Shown here: positions 28,940-38,222 of the stretch, one piece after another | Numbering within the stretch: position 1 is the first letter of the stretch | Layout of the letters: every line of letters begins with the position of its first letter | Program-made: the position numbers and the translations under genes | Assembly: GCA_001774495.1 (NCBI GenBank) | Contig: MFAE01000002.1 | Location: 42,372 to 106,371 of the forward strand | DNA: 64,000 nucleotides | Direction of reading: 5' to 3' | From: Candidatus Campbellbacteria bacterium RIFOXYC2_FULL_35_25 | GTDB taxonomy: Bacteria > Patescibacteriota > Minisyncoccia > Phycocordibacterales > UBA12079 | The notes under the pieces: generated by a model | The model's database searches: none | What the model saw: the letters and a program-made list of their open reading frames with translations, nothing else | Told to the model about the DNA's origin: nothing

Positions 28940-29278
28940 ATGGATAGCGATCAGAAATTTTTACAATTTGTTGTTGAACAATTAGTTGACGAACCAAACG
29001 CAGTTAAGATTAACAGAAAAGTTGACGAGATGGGAGTTTTAATGACTCTCGATGTTGCTCCTGCAGACATGGGTAAGATCATTGGCCGAAGTGGTAATAC
29101 TGCTAAGGCTATTCGAACACTACTTAGAGTTGTTGGAATGAAAAATAACGCTCGTGTTAATCTAAAGATTAACGAACCAGAAGGAAGTACAAGATTCGCT
29201 GGTGAGAACAGAGAAAACAATGTTGTTGCTGCCGATAGCGCAACTGTCGACCAAGCAATCGAAGACCTAAAGATGTAA
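28940..29278 (+). CDS. KH-domain RNA-binding protein (KhpA/YlqC-like)
   Basis: GKIIGRSGNTAKAIRTLLRVVG KH motif. 112 aa. Confidence 0.7.
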   Translation: MDSDQKFLQFVVEQLVDEPNAVKINRKVDEMGVLMTLDVAPADMGKIIGRSGNTAKAIRTLLRVVGMKNNARVNLKINEPEGSTRFAGENRENNVVAADSATVDQAIEDLKM

Positions 29279-29283
29279 ATCAA

Positions 29284-29325
29284 AACAAAAAAACAACGAG
29301 GCAAACGCCTCGTTGTTTTTTTGTT
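29284..29325 (+). terminator. rho-independent terminator
   Basis: AACAACGAGGC-AAAC-GCCTCGTTGTT followed by TTTTTTGTTTT. Confidence 0.65.
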
Positions 29326-29415
29326 TTAAAATTTAAGTTTGATAAAAACCACAAAAAACCGTAGTATATTACTATAGTTTGTTATTTTACAAAATAATTC
29401 TAAAAACTAAAAACT

Positions 29416-30057
29416 ATGAACTTCCACATTATTACACTATTCCCCTCAGCTCTCGACTCATACCTAAATGAGTCTATTTTGGTTAGGGCAATCAAAGATA
29501 AAAAAATAAAAATTAAATTTTACAATCCTCGTGATTTCGCCAAAAATAAAAGACAGGTTGACTCCAGGCCTTATGGAGGGGGCCCAGGGATGGTGATAAA
29601 AGCCGAACCGGTGATAAAAGCGGTTCAAAAAGCCAAAGGCAAAAAACAAAAAGTAAAAATAATCTTTCTTTCACCCTCAGGAAAGCAATTTGATAATGTT
29701 TATGCAAAAAAGATTTCTAAAAATTATAAAGACGTCATTATTATTTCAGGACATTATGAAGGTATCGATGCCAGAGTAAAAAAGGTTTTTAAAACTGACG
29801 ATATAACTATCGGCCCTTATATCTTAACCGGTGGGGAATTACCTGCCATGGTTCTAATCGATACAATCACCCGCCAAGTCAAAGGTATTTTAGGGAATGA
29901 AGAGTCTTTAGAAGAAAGTAGAATCGCTTCTTCCGAAGTTTACACTCGCCCCGAAAGCTTTAAATACAAAGATAAAAATTATAAAGTTCCAAAAGTTCTC
30001 CTTTCTGGCCACCATAAAGAAATAGAACAGTGGAAAAAATTAAAGAACGGTAATTAA
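29416..30057 (+). CDS. trmD: tRNA (guanine37-N1)-methyltransferase
   Basis: MNFHIITLFP...SRPYGGGPGMV and TrmD SPOUT-knot motifs. Confidence 0.85.
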   Translation: MNFHIITLFPSALDSYLNESILVRAIKDKKIKIKFYNPRDFAKNKRQVDSRPYGGGPGMVIKAEPVIKAVQKAKGKKQKVKIIFLSPSGKQFDNVYAKKISKNYKDVIIISGHYEGIDARVKKVFKTDDITIGPYILTGGELPAMVLIDTITRQVKGILGNEESLEESRIASSEVYTRPESFKYKDKNYKVPKVLLSGHHKEIEQWKKLKNGN

Positions 30058-30076
30058 AGTCTGTTATAATCAAATA

Positions 30077-30607
30077 ATGAATCAAATAATTTTTACTTTT
30101 TTAAATAATTTCGCGCTTCAAAATCATTGGTTAGGTACCTTTATAATTTTTTGTGCCACGTATCTTCCTTTTTGGTTGGTAGCTATTCTAGTTTCTTATT
30201 ATTTATATAAATTTTTCAGAAAGGGGGAACTCTCCCTTTATAATTTAAAAGCAGTTTCTGTGATTATACTTTCAGCTTTTGCTGTTTGGGGGATCTCCCA
30301 AATTATAAATTTTCTTTATTATAGCCCACGGCCTTTTTGGTTTAATGATAATATTAATCTACTTTTTACCCACGGTGATGTAGATTCATTTCCATCAGGT
30401 CATACGACTTTCTTTTTTACCCTTGCTTTGATGAGCTATTATTATCACCCAAAATGGCTATCCAATTCTCTATTGATAGGAGCCTTCCTAATCGGACTAG
30501 CCCGTGTAGTAGCAGGAGTCCATTGGCCACTAGATATAGTGGGAGGAATCCTTTTGAGTATTGTTGGGGTATGGGCAATAAGAAAAATATTTAAGTCTAA
30601 AAAATAA
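30077..30607 (+). CDS. PAP2-family phosphatase (undecaprenyl-diphosphatase-like)
   Basis: PSGHTTF and HWPLDIVGG acid-phosphatase motifs in a TM-helix context. Confidence 0.7.
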   Translation: MNQIIFTFLNNFALQNHWLGTFIIFCATYLPFWLVAILVSYYLYKFFRKGELSLYNLKAVSVIILSAFAVWGISQIINFLYYSPRPFWFNDNINLLFTHGDVDSFPSGHTTFFFTLALMSYYYHPKWLSNSLLIGAFLIGLARVVAGVHWPLDIVGGILLSIVGVWAIRKIFKSKK

Positions 30608-30762
30608 AATTGACAGAGGCAAAGCCACTGTCAATTTTATTTTTTACTTTACTAAACTCGTGCTTGTTTTTTGTTTGTTTATTGTGTTATCCTAAATACC
30701 GGAATAAGAGTTCTATTTCATATCGAGGCTAACGACAATTTTTTCACAAGGAGGGTTGCACC

Positions 30763-31707
30763 ATGGTTCAGACCGCAAAAAAGAAAACTGGGCAAGACAA
30801 AGTGGTTCAACTCATTCCAGCCGTAGCCGTTGCTCCGAAAGGTCGGGTTCTTGAAACCATCATGGTTCAGGCTCGCCAGATTCGGCCTTGTTCTTTTCAA
30901 CCGAGAAAAGAATTTGGCGATTTAAAATTGTTGAAGGAAAGTATCGAGGAAGGAGGTCAATGTAAAAGAATTGAAGTTTTTCGTGTTCTCGTTGATGACC
31001 CAAAGTCTTCTATCGAGTTTGAGCTTGTTGACGGCGAAAGGCGGTGGAGAACTTGCCAACCCCTTGAGTGGCTTGAGGTTGACATCGTCCGTGAGCCGGA
31101 ACACAAAATGAATCATCATTTGCAATCTTTGATTGCCAACAATTGTGGCAAGCCCCATACCCATATGGAGTTGTCTGAGGCCATTTGGTTACAGACTTCA
31201 AAAAATGGGAAAAGTGTTTACCAGTTGGCAAAGTTGTTGGGGATGTCGCAGTCTACCTTATATTGCTATCTTCGTTTGCAGGAGCTTTTGCCACAATTGC
31301 AGAAACTCATGGGGAGCGAAATCGAAAGTGATAAACAGTTGCGCTTCAATGAAGCCGTTGCTATTGCTAGAGTCCCCAAAGAAAGGCAGATGGAGATTTA
31401 CAACAAAAATCTTGAGTTGCCCCTTCAACTAAGGGTCGAAAATTCAAGGCAAATGGCTGACAACATCGTCGGCAAAAAAACTGGCAAGAAAAAGGACGCA
31501 TGTGATATCAGAAAATCATTTACTAGTCTTGTCTTTAGGCTGGGGATGCAATTGAAAAAAAATTTCCCCCAAGTGACTTCTCAGGTAGTTCAGAACATCG
31601 TGAAACAGGCGGCATCAACCACCGAAGTGGATGATATGGTTGATACTCTTCGCCGTTGTGCCGGTGAGTTCGCAAGAATCGCCGACGAGCTCGATTCCGC
31701 GTCCTGA
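30763..31707 (+). CDS. ParB/Srx-fold N-terminal domain protein with HTH (orphan ParB-like)
   Basis: LVDGERRWRTCQ (ParB GxRR box) and LAKLLGMSQSTLYCYLRLQEL HTH. Strong SD AAGGAGGG. GC content clearly above neighbours. Confidence 0.65.
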   Translation: MVQTAKKKTGQDKVVQLIPAVAVAPKGRVLETIMVQARQIRPCSFQPRKEFGDLKLLKESIEEGGQCKRIEVFRVLVDDPKSSIEFELVDGERRWRTCQPLEWLEVDIVREPEHKMNHHLQSLIANNCGKPHTHMELSEAIWLQTSKNGKSVYQLAKLLGMSQSTLYCYLRLQELLPQLQKLMGSEIESDKQLRFNEAVAIARVPKERQMEIYNKNLELPLQLRVENSRQMADNIVGKKTGKKKDACDIRKSFTSLVFRLGMQLKKNFPQVTSQVVQNIVKQAASTTEVDDMVDTLRRCAGEFARIADELDSAS

Positions 31708-31840
31708 AAAGGACGCACAAACAAAGGCCAAGGCCCGAGGATCCGCAAGGATTCTCGGGCCTTAAATAATTTTAAAAATTGCATATTCTTTCCATTTGAT
31801 ATAATATAAACAATGTTTTATTTACACAGAAAATAAATTT

Positions 31841-33214
31841 ATGAAAATTAGAATAACAGCGATATTTTTAATAATAATAGGTGGATTAATTGGTTATTTC
31901 ATTTATAATTCTCAAGTAAATCCAGAATCAAAATTTTCCTTCAAACTAGGGCTTGATTTAGCTGGAGGAACTCAGTTGGTCTATAACGCTGATACTTCAA
32001 AGGTAGGAGGAGGGGTAGACGCAAAGGATGCAATGGACGGGTTAAGAGATGTTATCGAAAGAAGAACAAACCTTTTTGGTGTTGCTGAACCATTGGTACA
32101 AATAGAAAAAGCTGGTGAAGATTACAGACTTATTATAGAACTTCCCGGTGTTACAGATATTAACCAAGCAGTAACTCTTATCGGAGAAACACCGTTGCTA
32201 GAATTTAAAGTAGAAAGACCAGACGGAAAAACTCAGGAGATTTTAGCTGCGCAAGAAATTTATTTCCAAACTTTACAAAATGTAGAAATTATAGGAGATG
32301 GACAAGTTACTCCAGAGCCAGACCCACTAGCTTTGGAAGAACCTTTTTTGGATACTGGTTTAACCGGCAGTCTTTTAGATAAAGCTCAACTTTCTTTTGA
32401 TTCAACAACAGGTGAGCCAACGGTTTTACTTTCCTTCAACGCAGAAGGGAAAGCTATGTTTGCTGAAATAACTAAAGAAAATATTGGTAAAATAGTAGCA
32501 ATTTATTTAGATGGTGCCCCAATAACAACTCCTGTTGTTAGGGAAGCCATAAGAGATGGTAAGGCAGAAATTTCTGGTGGATTCAGTCCTGAAGAGGCAA
32601 AAAAACTTGTTAGAGATTTAAACTACGGAGCTTTGCCTGTGCCGATTGAATTGCTTTCTACCCAAACTGTTGGAGCTTCTTTGGGCGAAGGCGTGTTTAA
32701 CAAGGGAGTTAATGCAGGACTTTATGGTTTAATCGCGGTGGCATTCTTTTTACTTATTTGGTATCGATTACCTGGTTTTATTTCAGTTGTCGCTTTAATG
32801 TTTTATGTAGGGATTATGTTGGCACTATTCAAAGTTGTCCCGGTTACTTTGACATCAGCAGGTATCGCAGGATTTATTATGTCTATTGGTATGGCAGTGG
32901 ACGCAAATGTTCTTGTCTTTGAAAGAGTAAAGGAAGAATTGAGAAAGGGCTTGGATATAGAAAATGCTATAAAGGAAGGTTTTGCAAGAGCTTGGCTTTC
33001 AATTCGTGACTCAAATATTTCAAGTATTATTACTGCGGTGATTTTGTTCTGGCTTGGAACATCATTGGTTCAGGGGTTTGCTTTGACTTTCGGTATCGGA
33101 GTTCTAATCAGTATGTTCACAGCCCTTACAATAACGAGAACATTGCTTTTGGCAATTGCTCCAAAAAAGGAGGGAGATTTATCCAAATTTTTATTTAGCA
33201 ACGGGCTTAAATAA
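31841..33214 (+). CDS. secD: protein translocase subunit SecD
   Basis: LGLDLAGGTQLVYNAD, large periplasmic domain and C-terminal 6-TM SecDF core. Confidence 0.9.
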   Translation: MKIRITAIFLIIIGGLIGYFIYNSQVNPESKFSFKLGLDLAGGTQLVYNADTSKVGGGVDAKDAMDGLRDVIERRTNLFGVAEPLVQIEKAGEDYRLIIELPGVTDINQAVTLIGETPLLEFKVERPDGKTQEILAAQEIYFQTLQNVEIIGDGQVTPEPDPLALEEPFLDTGLTGSLLDKAQLSFDSTTGEPTVLLSFNAEGKAMFAEITKENIGKIVAIYLDGAPITTPVVREAIRDGKAEISGGFSPEEAKKLVRDLNYGALPVPIELLSTQTVGASLGEGVFNKGVNAGLYGLIAVAFFLLIWYRLPGFISVVALMFYVGIMLALFKVVPVTLTSAGIAGFIMSIGMAVDANVLVFERVKEELRKGLDIENAIKEGFARAWLSIRDSNISSIITAVILFWLGTSLVQGFALTFGIGVLISMFTALTITRTLLLAIAPKKEGDLSKFLFSNGLK

Positions 33215-34672
33215 TCAAATTCGGCACATTTCTTCGTCAGCTTCAGAAAAATTATTTTCACCTTATAGAAAATAAGGCTCAAACAATTTTCCTTCGCTTC
33301 CTCGAACTGTATCCAAATTTGATTATTTAATAGTTTTCTCTACGAGGTGAAGCGGGGGATAGCACTTGGGGCAAGCCCTCGGGTAGCGAAGTGAATGGAA
33401 GATTTTACCTTGAGAACTTTTGAAATTTCTAAATCTCAAAAAAGACGACGAATAGCTCCACCATTCGTCGTCTTTCGTCTTTGTGAGGGCTTTGGCCCGA
33501 AGCAATCCAGAATCTTTTATTTTCCATTGCAAACCCCCTCCTATTTTGCTATATTCAACCCAGAAACATAGGCGATTTTGACAATAATCTTTGATAAGGG
33601 ATAAGACTATGAAGGCCATCGACAAAAAAGATGTAAGGCTAGGAACTGTGGTTATGGTGGCGAGTTCCGTATTAGGAGTTTTTTTTGGAGTTGTCATTTG
33701 TCCGGAGGCTTGGCTTAAGTTAGCCAACAAAACAAATACCTTCTCTTTTAGTGACACCATTTCATTAGAAAAAGGAGGATACCTTTATCTTAAAGTGTTG
33801 GGGGATTTAAGATATAGAAATTGTATCATTGAATACGATGTCGTTGACCCTGAATTTGGCTGGAATATCATTGCTGGGAACAACAGTGAAGAAGTAGAAT
33901 GCTTAGTAAATGGCTTATTAAGCAATAAATACTACGGGCCTGTAGGCGATTTGTTTACCCCCCAAGACTTTGATCCATTATCTAGTTGGGGGTGGGCTAA
34001 GCATGATTTACATATGTTAAGCGTTTACCTTCAGGGGCAGAGTCATCCCGGTTCATTTTTTTCTGCTAAACAAAATGAACTTCTTCGTATCTTCCACAAA
34101 GGAATCCCTCTCAACTCAAAGGTTAGTCTGAAGGAACACCCAAAATCATTGTACCCAAGTAAGGTCGTAGACGACAGTGACCTCAGAACCGTCGGCGAAA
34201 GGGAACTTTCCGAAGTGCTCCTTCGTAGGAAAGACACGAAACCGACCATTATCTCGGTACCGACCAAGGAGCAATTGGACTCCACTCCACCCGAAAAGGT
34301 TTGGGATCGTAAGGTTGACCCCATCGCCTCTTGCTCCGATGAAGGATTTCAACCGGGGCTGGAAATTCCAACTGTCAAAATTCCCCAAAAAGTCGAAGAA
34401 GGTATTGACGAATTATCAATGCCGATGGCTCTGTAAAATCTACATTGTCGTTAGAGGTTCTAAACCGCAGGGAGCTGTCCCATACAGCCTCCTGCGGTTT
34501 TTTTGCCCTTTTATTAAGAACAAAGAGGTGAGAACTTGCCCATAAGCCCCTTTTGGTATAATATAAACACATTAATTTTTTAAAAAAATTAATAATTAAG
34601 ATTCACGAGAAAGCTTGTGAAGTAAATTTTTTTGACTTACTACTTATTACTTAATACTTACTACTAATCATT
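33215..34672. mobile_element. ~1.45-kb insertion separating secD from secF: repeat family A and B copies, one GC-rich ORF and a terminator
   Basis: secD and secF are normally adjacent or fused. The insert starts with family A (33228-33320) and family B (33418-33512) elements. It carries ORF 33609-34436 with foreign-looking composition and ends with a terminator (34458-34500) and a TACTTACTAC motif. Confidence 0.4.
33609..34436 (+). CDS. hypothetical protein (GC-rich cargo of the secD/secF insertion)
   Basis: ATG with AAGGGA SD. N-terminal TM helix. No recognisable domain. Confidence 0.45.
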   Translation: MKAIDKKDVRLGTVVMVASSVLGVFFGVVICPEAWLKLANKTNTFSFSDTISLEKGGYLYLKVLGDLRYRNCIIEYDVVDPEFGWNIIAGNNSEEVECLVNGLLSNKYYGPVGDLFTPQDFDPLSSWGWAKHDLHMLSVYLQGQSHPGSFFSAKQNELLRIFHKGIPLNSKVSLKEHPKSLYPSKVVDDSDLRTVGERELSEVLLRRKDTKPTIISVPTKEQLDSTPPEKVWDRKVDPIASCSDEGFQPGLEIPTVKIPQKVEEGIDELSMPMAL

Positions 34673-35581
34673 ATGTTTGTAATTAAATACAGAAAAATAT
34701 TTTATACGATCGCAGTCTTGTTAGTAGGATCTTCGTTTTTCGTGATGGCCTTCTACGGGGTTAATCTCAGTATTGATTTCACAGGAGGAGCAATCACCGA
34801 GGTTATTTATCCTGAAAGTGAAATCGATTTGCCATCTATCAGAGAAGATTTAGATAAATTAGATCTTGGAAATTACACGATTCAGAAAGCCGGAGGGGAC
34901 GGGGTTATTTTGAGAACCAAAGATTTAACCGAAGAAGAAAGATTAGGTGTTATGAGTTCTCTTGCTCTTGGTGATACTGTAAAAATTGAGGAAAAAAGAT
35001 TTAACTCGATTGGTCCTGTTATTGGAGAAGAATTGAAAAGCAAGGCTTTGTGGGGTCTTATCTTGGTCATTATTGCTATTATTTTATTCGTCGCTTTTTC
35101 TTTTAGAAAAGTTTCTGAATTAGGAAAAGAAAGTGTCTCATCATGGAAATATGGAATGGTGGCTATTTTGGCTCTTATTCATGACATTTCTATCCCAACT
35201 GGTATCTTTGTTATATTAGGTCATTTCTATATTGATTATCAAATTGATATTTTGTTTGTGACTGCTCTCTTGGCGATTCTCGGATTTTCAGTGAACGATA
35301 CTATCGTTGTTTTTGACAGGGTTAGAGAAAATCTTAAAAATAGCCTAAAAGGGGAAACTTTTGAACAAATTGTTGGGAAGAGTTTAAGTCAAACTTTTGC
35401 TCGTTCTATAAATACATCTTTAACTGTTTTGATTGCCCTTGGCTCTTTGTTTTTCTTTGGAGGAGAAACAACAAAACAATTTGCATTGGTTCTCGTCTTT
35501 GGAGTTACCTTTGGAACTTACTCATCAATATTCCTGGCTTCTCCTTTGCTTGTTACTTGGCAAAAATTCTCTAATAAATAA
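34673..35581 (+). CDS. secF: protein translocase subunit SecF
   Basis: SecF N-terminal TM, P1 head region and the 6-TM SecDF C-terminal core (VVFDRVRENL). Confidence 0.9.
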   Translation: MFVIKYRKIFYTIAVLLVGSSFFVMAFYGVNLSIDFTGGAITEVIYPESEIDLPSIREDLDKLDLGNYTIQKAGGDGVILRTKDLTEEERLGVMSSLALGDTVKIEEKRFNSIGPVIGEELKSKALWGLILVIIAIILFVAFSFRKVSELGKESVSSWKYGMVAILALIHDISIPTGIFVILGHFYIDYQIDILFVTALLAILGFSVNDTIVVFDRVRENLKNSLKGETFEQIVGKSLSQTFARSINTSLTVLIALGSLFFFGGETTKQFALVLVFGVTFGTYSSIFLASPLLVTWQKFSNK

Positions 35582-35700
35582 TCCAAATTTGACGAACTTC
35601 TTCGTCGACTACGAAAAAAACTTCCTCACCGTATATTAAATACGGCTCGGAAGTTTTTTTCTTGTCTCCTCAAATTTCATCCAAATTTGAATCATTTAAG
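35582..35700. repeat. family A-like repeat (copy 3) immediately after the secF stop
   Basis: TTCTTCGTCGACTACGAAAAAAACTTCCTCACC-hairpin-CTCGGAAG...ATCCAAATTTGAATCATTTAA parallels 33228-33320 (TTCTTCGTCAGCTTCAGAAAAATTATTTTCACC-hairpin-CTCAAAC...ATCCAAATTTGATTATTTAA). Confidence 0.5.
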
Positions 35701-36156
35701 TTCGTCGGCAAGTTTACAATTTCATTCGGGGCCTTCGGATTATAATAATCAAAAAGAAAAAGCGTGGTGGCCTCCGGGCACCACGCTTTTTATTTTTTTA
35801 TTTTCCCCAACAGGGCGAAGATACAATACACAAGTGTCATCAATATATCTTCCCTTGAGGTAGGAATCAAAAAAAGTTTCAAAGACCTCGTTTCGTGATC
35901 GGGGCTTAACGCCCACTCAACCAACTTGGCATCAATAATCTCAGCAAGATTTATCGAAATTACCATCATTGTGATGACGATGCCCACAACAAACCATACC
36001 GATATTTCTCTCTCCCGTTGGTTTTGCATGAAATCCCCCTTAAAGAAAAAGAACAAGTCTATCAAAAAAGAAACAATTTTTTACTTATTTTATTATATAC
36101 TAAAAAAAAAGCCCCGCGCAAGCGTAGGGCTCTCGAAATCTTCAACAAAGAAGACT

Positions 36157-36492
36157 TCACTTTTTTCGAATGAACTGAAAAATCTTTCGAGGAAAATCAG
36201 GTGGTCCAAGGGTTTCTTCCCAACAACCCCTTTCATCGTTTGGAGGAGGGTCTCCTTTCCCACATACAAACGATTTTATTTCCAAACTCTTTTCTCCATG
36301 GAGTTTGATTTTTTTTCCGTTTAATTCTGCGATGGCGTTAATATTTAGAAAGTGGTGAATTCGGATAGTGTCGTCGGGAATATGAATTTTTGTTAAATCA
36401 AAACCATTGATTACTTTTGCTTTTTCTTCTCCCTTTCCTGTGGCTAATAAAAAGTATCCAGTTAAGATGGGTCGTATAGGTTTCAGTTTCAT
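36157..36492 (-). CDS. hypothetical protein (111 aa)
   Basis: ATG with GAGGAG SD. GC-rich. Confidence 0.45.
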   Translation of the reverse strand: MKLKPIRPILTGYFLLATGKGEEKAKVINGFDLTKIHIPDDTIRIHHFLNINAIAELNGKKIKLHGEKSLEIKSFVCGKGDPPPNDERGCWEETLGPPDFPRKIFQFIRKK

Positions 36493-36715
36493 GGAGGGGC
36501 TCCTCTCTAAAGTTTTTCTTCGAAAGACTGTTATTTCTCAAGTAAAATTTACCACAAATTTCTCATCTTAGCCAATCTTAATTAAATAAAAATCCCCAGT
36601 AACCGGAGCACTGTGGATTTTAAAATTTTGTTGCGATAACGGTCAAGACTATGTTATATTTTACTCAGAAAATGTCGTTTAAGATGAATCTATGTTCCTT
36701 TGAGAGGAGGTTGCC

Positions 36716-37096
36716 ATGAAGTTCCCTAATTGTATTTTATCTAACAGAAAAAAAGATAAAAAAACACAGTTCAATTGCATCGGACTTGTTTTTTCAGAAG
36801 GGGGGAGGATGGTGGTCTTCACTGATTTTTTTCCTCCCGAGAATTCTGGCTTCCAAGTACACGAGCAAAGGTTACAGGGGGTCACAGAAAACAGAGATTG
36901 GCTCCCAATTCTAAACATGGCAACAGGGGTTGTCGAAAACTGTGGAGAGCTTCACGACCCGTCCGAGGAAGAGATTTCTCAAATCCGCAACACTCTCCGA
37001 GGAGAGAAAGATTTTTCCCTTTTCGTGGAGACTCTCCGAAGGAGAATCGCCAATTCCTCAGGAGTTGAGCCACTAAGAGCAGTAGCTCTCGGCTGA
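36716..37096 (+). CDS. hypothetical protein (126 aa)
   Basis: ATG with GAGGAGG SD. GC-rich. Followed by a terminator at 37112-37145. Confidence 0.45.
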   Translation: MKFPNCILSNRKKDKKTQFNCIGLVFSEGGRMVVFTDFFPPENSGFQVHEQRLQGVTENRDWLPILNMATGVVENCGELHDPSEEEISQIRNTLRGEKDFSLFVETLRRRIANSSGVEPLRAVALG

Positions 37097-37378
37097 CAGA
37101 AACGTAGTTCTTGTAGAATAAAGAAAGGCCCACTCCTGTGGGCCTTTTAATTTTTCCCTTATTACTTACTACCAACTACTCACTACCTACTACTAACTAT
37201 CCCTTTATCGTTGTATTTTAGTACCGTCTTTGATAGTATGAATCCAGTTTTATTGGGGTTGTCCCGATCACAGTCCTTTGACGTTTAAGGAATAAAAACA
37301 GTAAACAAAGGAGGTCATCGTCCGAAACAAAACTGGCCAGAACTTACTGACAAAAAATAACAAGGAAGGAGAAACGCC

Positions 37379-38101
37379 GTGAACTTTAATGGAAAGATTT
37401 GGGCAGCATTGGACACAAACAAAAAGCGCGCTTTGGAAATCGCCAAAATGATAGCGCCGCACCCGTCCATTTTTGGCTTCAAAATCAATCGGTTGGTTGA
37501 TCAAGAAGCCTTTCGCAAAGACGGCGAACCTCGGCTATTTGAAGAATTGGCCCAGTATGGCAAACCCATTTGGGTTGACCTTAAGTTTTTCGATATCCCT
37601 AGGACTGTGGTTGGAAGACTCGAACCATATATTTCTTCGGGGATGGTTCAATTTGTAACCGTTATGGCCAAGGGCGAGGTTGACATGATGTCAGACGGGG
37701 TCAATGCCTGTGGTGATAATGCGTCAATTATCGCTGTCACGGAACTGACATCGTTTTCTGAAGAATTGGTTCACCTTGGAAGCGGGCACCCATCAAAGGC
37801 CTCAGTTATTAGTTTGGCCAGGATTGTTGTTCTCTCGGGCGTAAAATATCTAGTTTGCTCCTCCAAAGAGTTGCCCGTTTTGAATGAACGCCGAGAGCTC
37901 ACAGGCCTCAGAAAGTTTGTCCCAGGGATTACCCCCGCGTGGAAACTTACTGGTGACGAAGTTGACCAGAAGAGAACAGGGACTCCTGGATTTGCCCTGA
38001 GCAACGGTGCCGACAAAATAGTCATTGGTGGGGCTATCGTTAATGCGGATGACCCGCTCGACGCTGTCGAAAAAACAGCACAGGAAATCTTTCGTATTTA
38101 A
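37379..38101 (+). CDS. orotidine-5'-phosphate decarboxylase family (PyrF/KGPDC/HPS TIM-barrel) protein
   Basis: AALDTNKK...FKINRL...DLKFFDIPRTV (the D-x-K-x-x-DIP-x-T motif of the OMPDC suprafamily) and a C-terminal IVIGGAI motif. GTG start with GGAGGA SD. GC-rich. Confidence 0.55.
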   Translation: MNFNGKIWAALDTNKKRALEIAKMIAPHPSIFGFKINRLVDQEAFRKDGEPRLFEELAQYGKPIWVDLKFFDIPRTVVGRLEPYISSGMVQFVTVMAKGEVDMMSDGVNACGDNASIIAVTELTSFSEELVHLGSGHPSKASVISLARIVVLSGVKYLVCSSKELPVLNERRELTGLRKFVPGITPAWKLTGDEVDQKRTGTPGFALSNGADKIVIGGAIVNADDPLDAVEKTAQEIFRI

Positions 38102-38222
38102 CCGTTTTTATTCTTCAATCAAGAAAGGCCCACTCCGGTGGGCTTTTTTACTTACTCCTTGATACTTGCTACTCACTACCAACTACCAACTACCAACTAA
38201 ATACTGTTATAATAAAACTCAT

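Noticed and set aside
36590-36640. Hairpin AAAATCCCCAGTAACCGGAGCACTGTGGATTTTAAAAT resembling the thrS terminator (AAAATCCACAGGGG...)
   Set aside because: Similarity limited to the AAAATCC(A)CAG arm. Treated as an ordinary terminator for the minus-strand gene 36157-36492 rather than a repeat family member.
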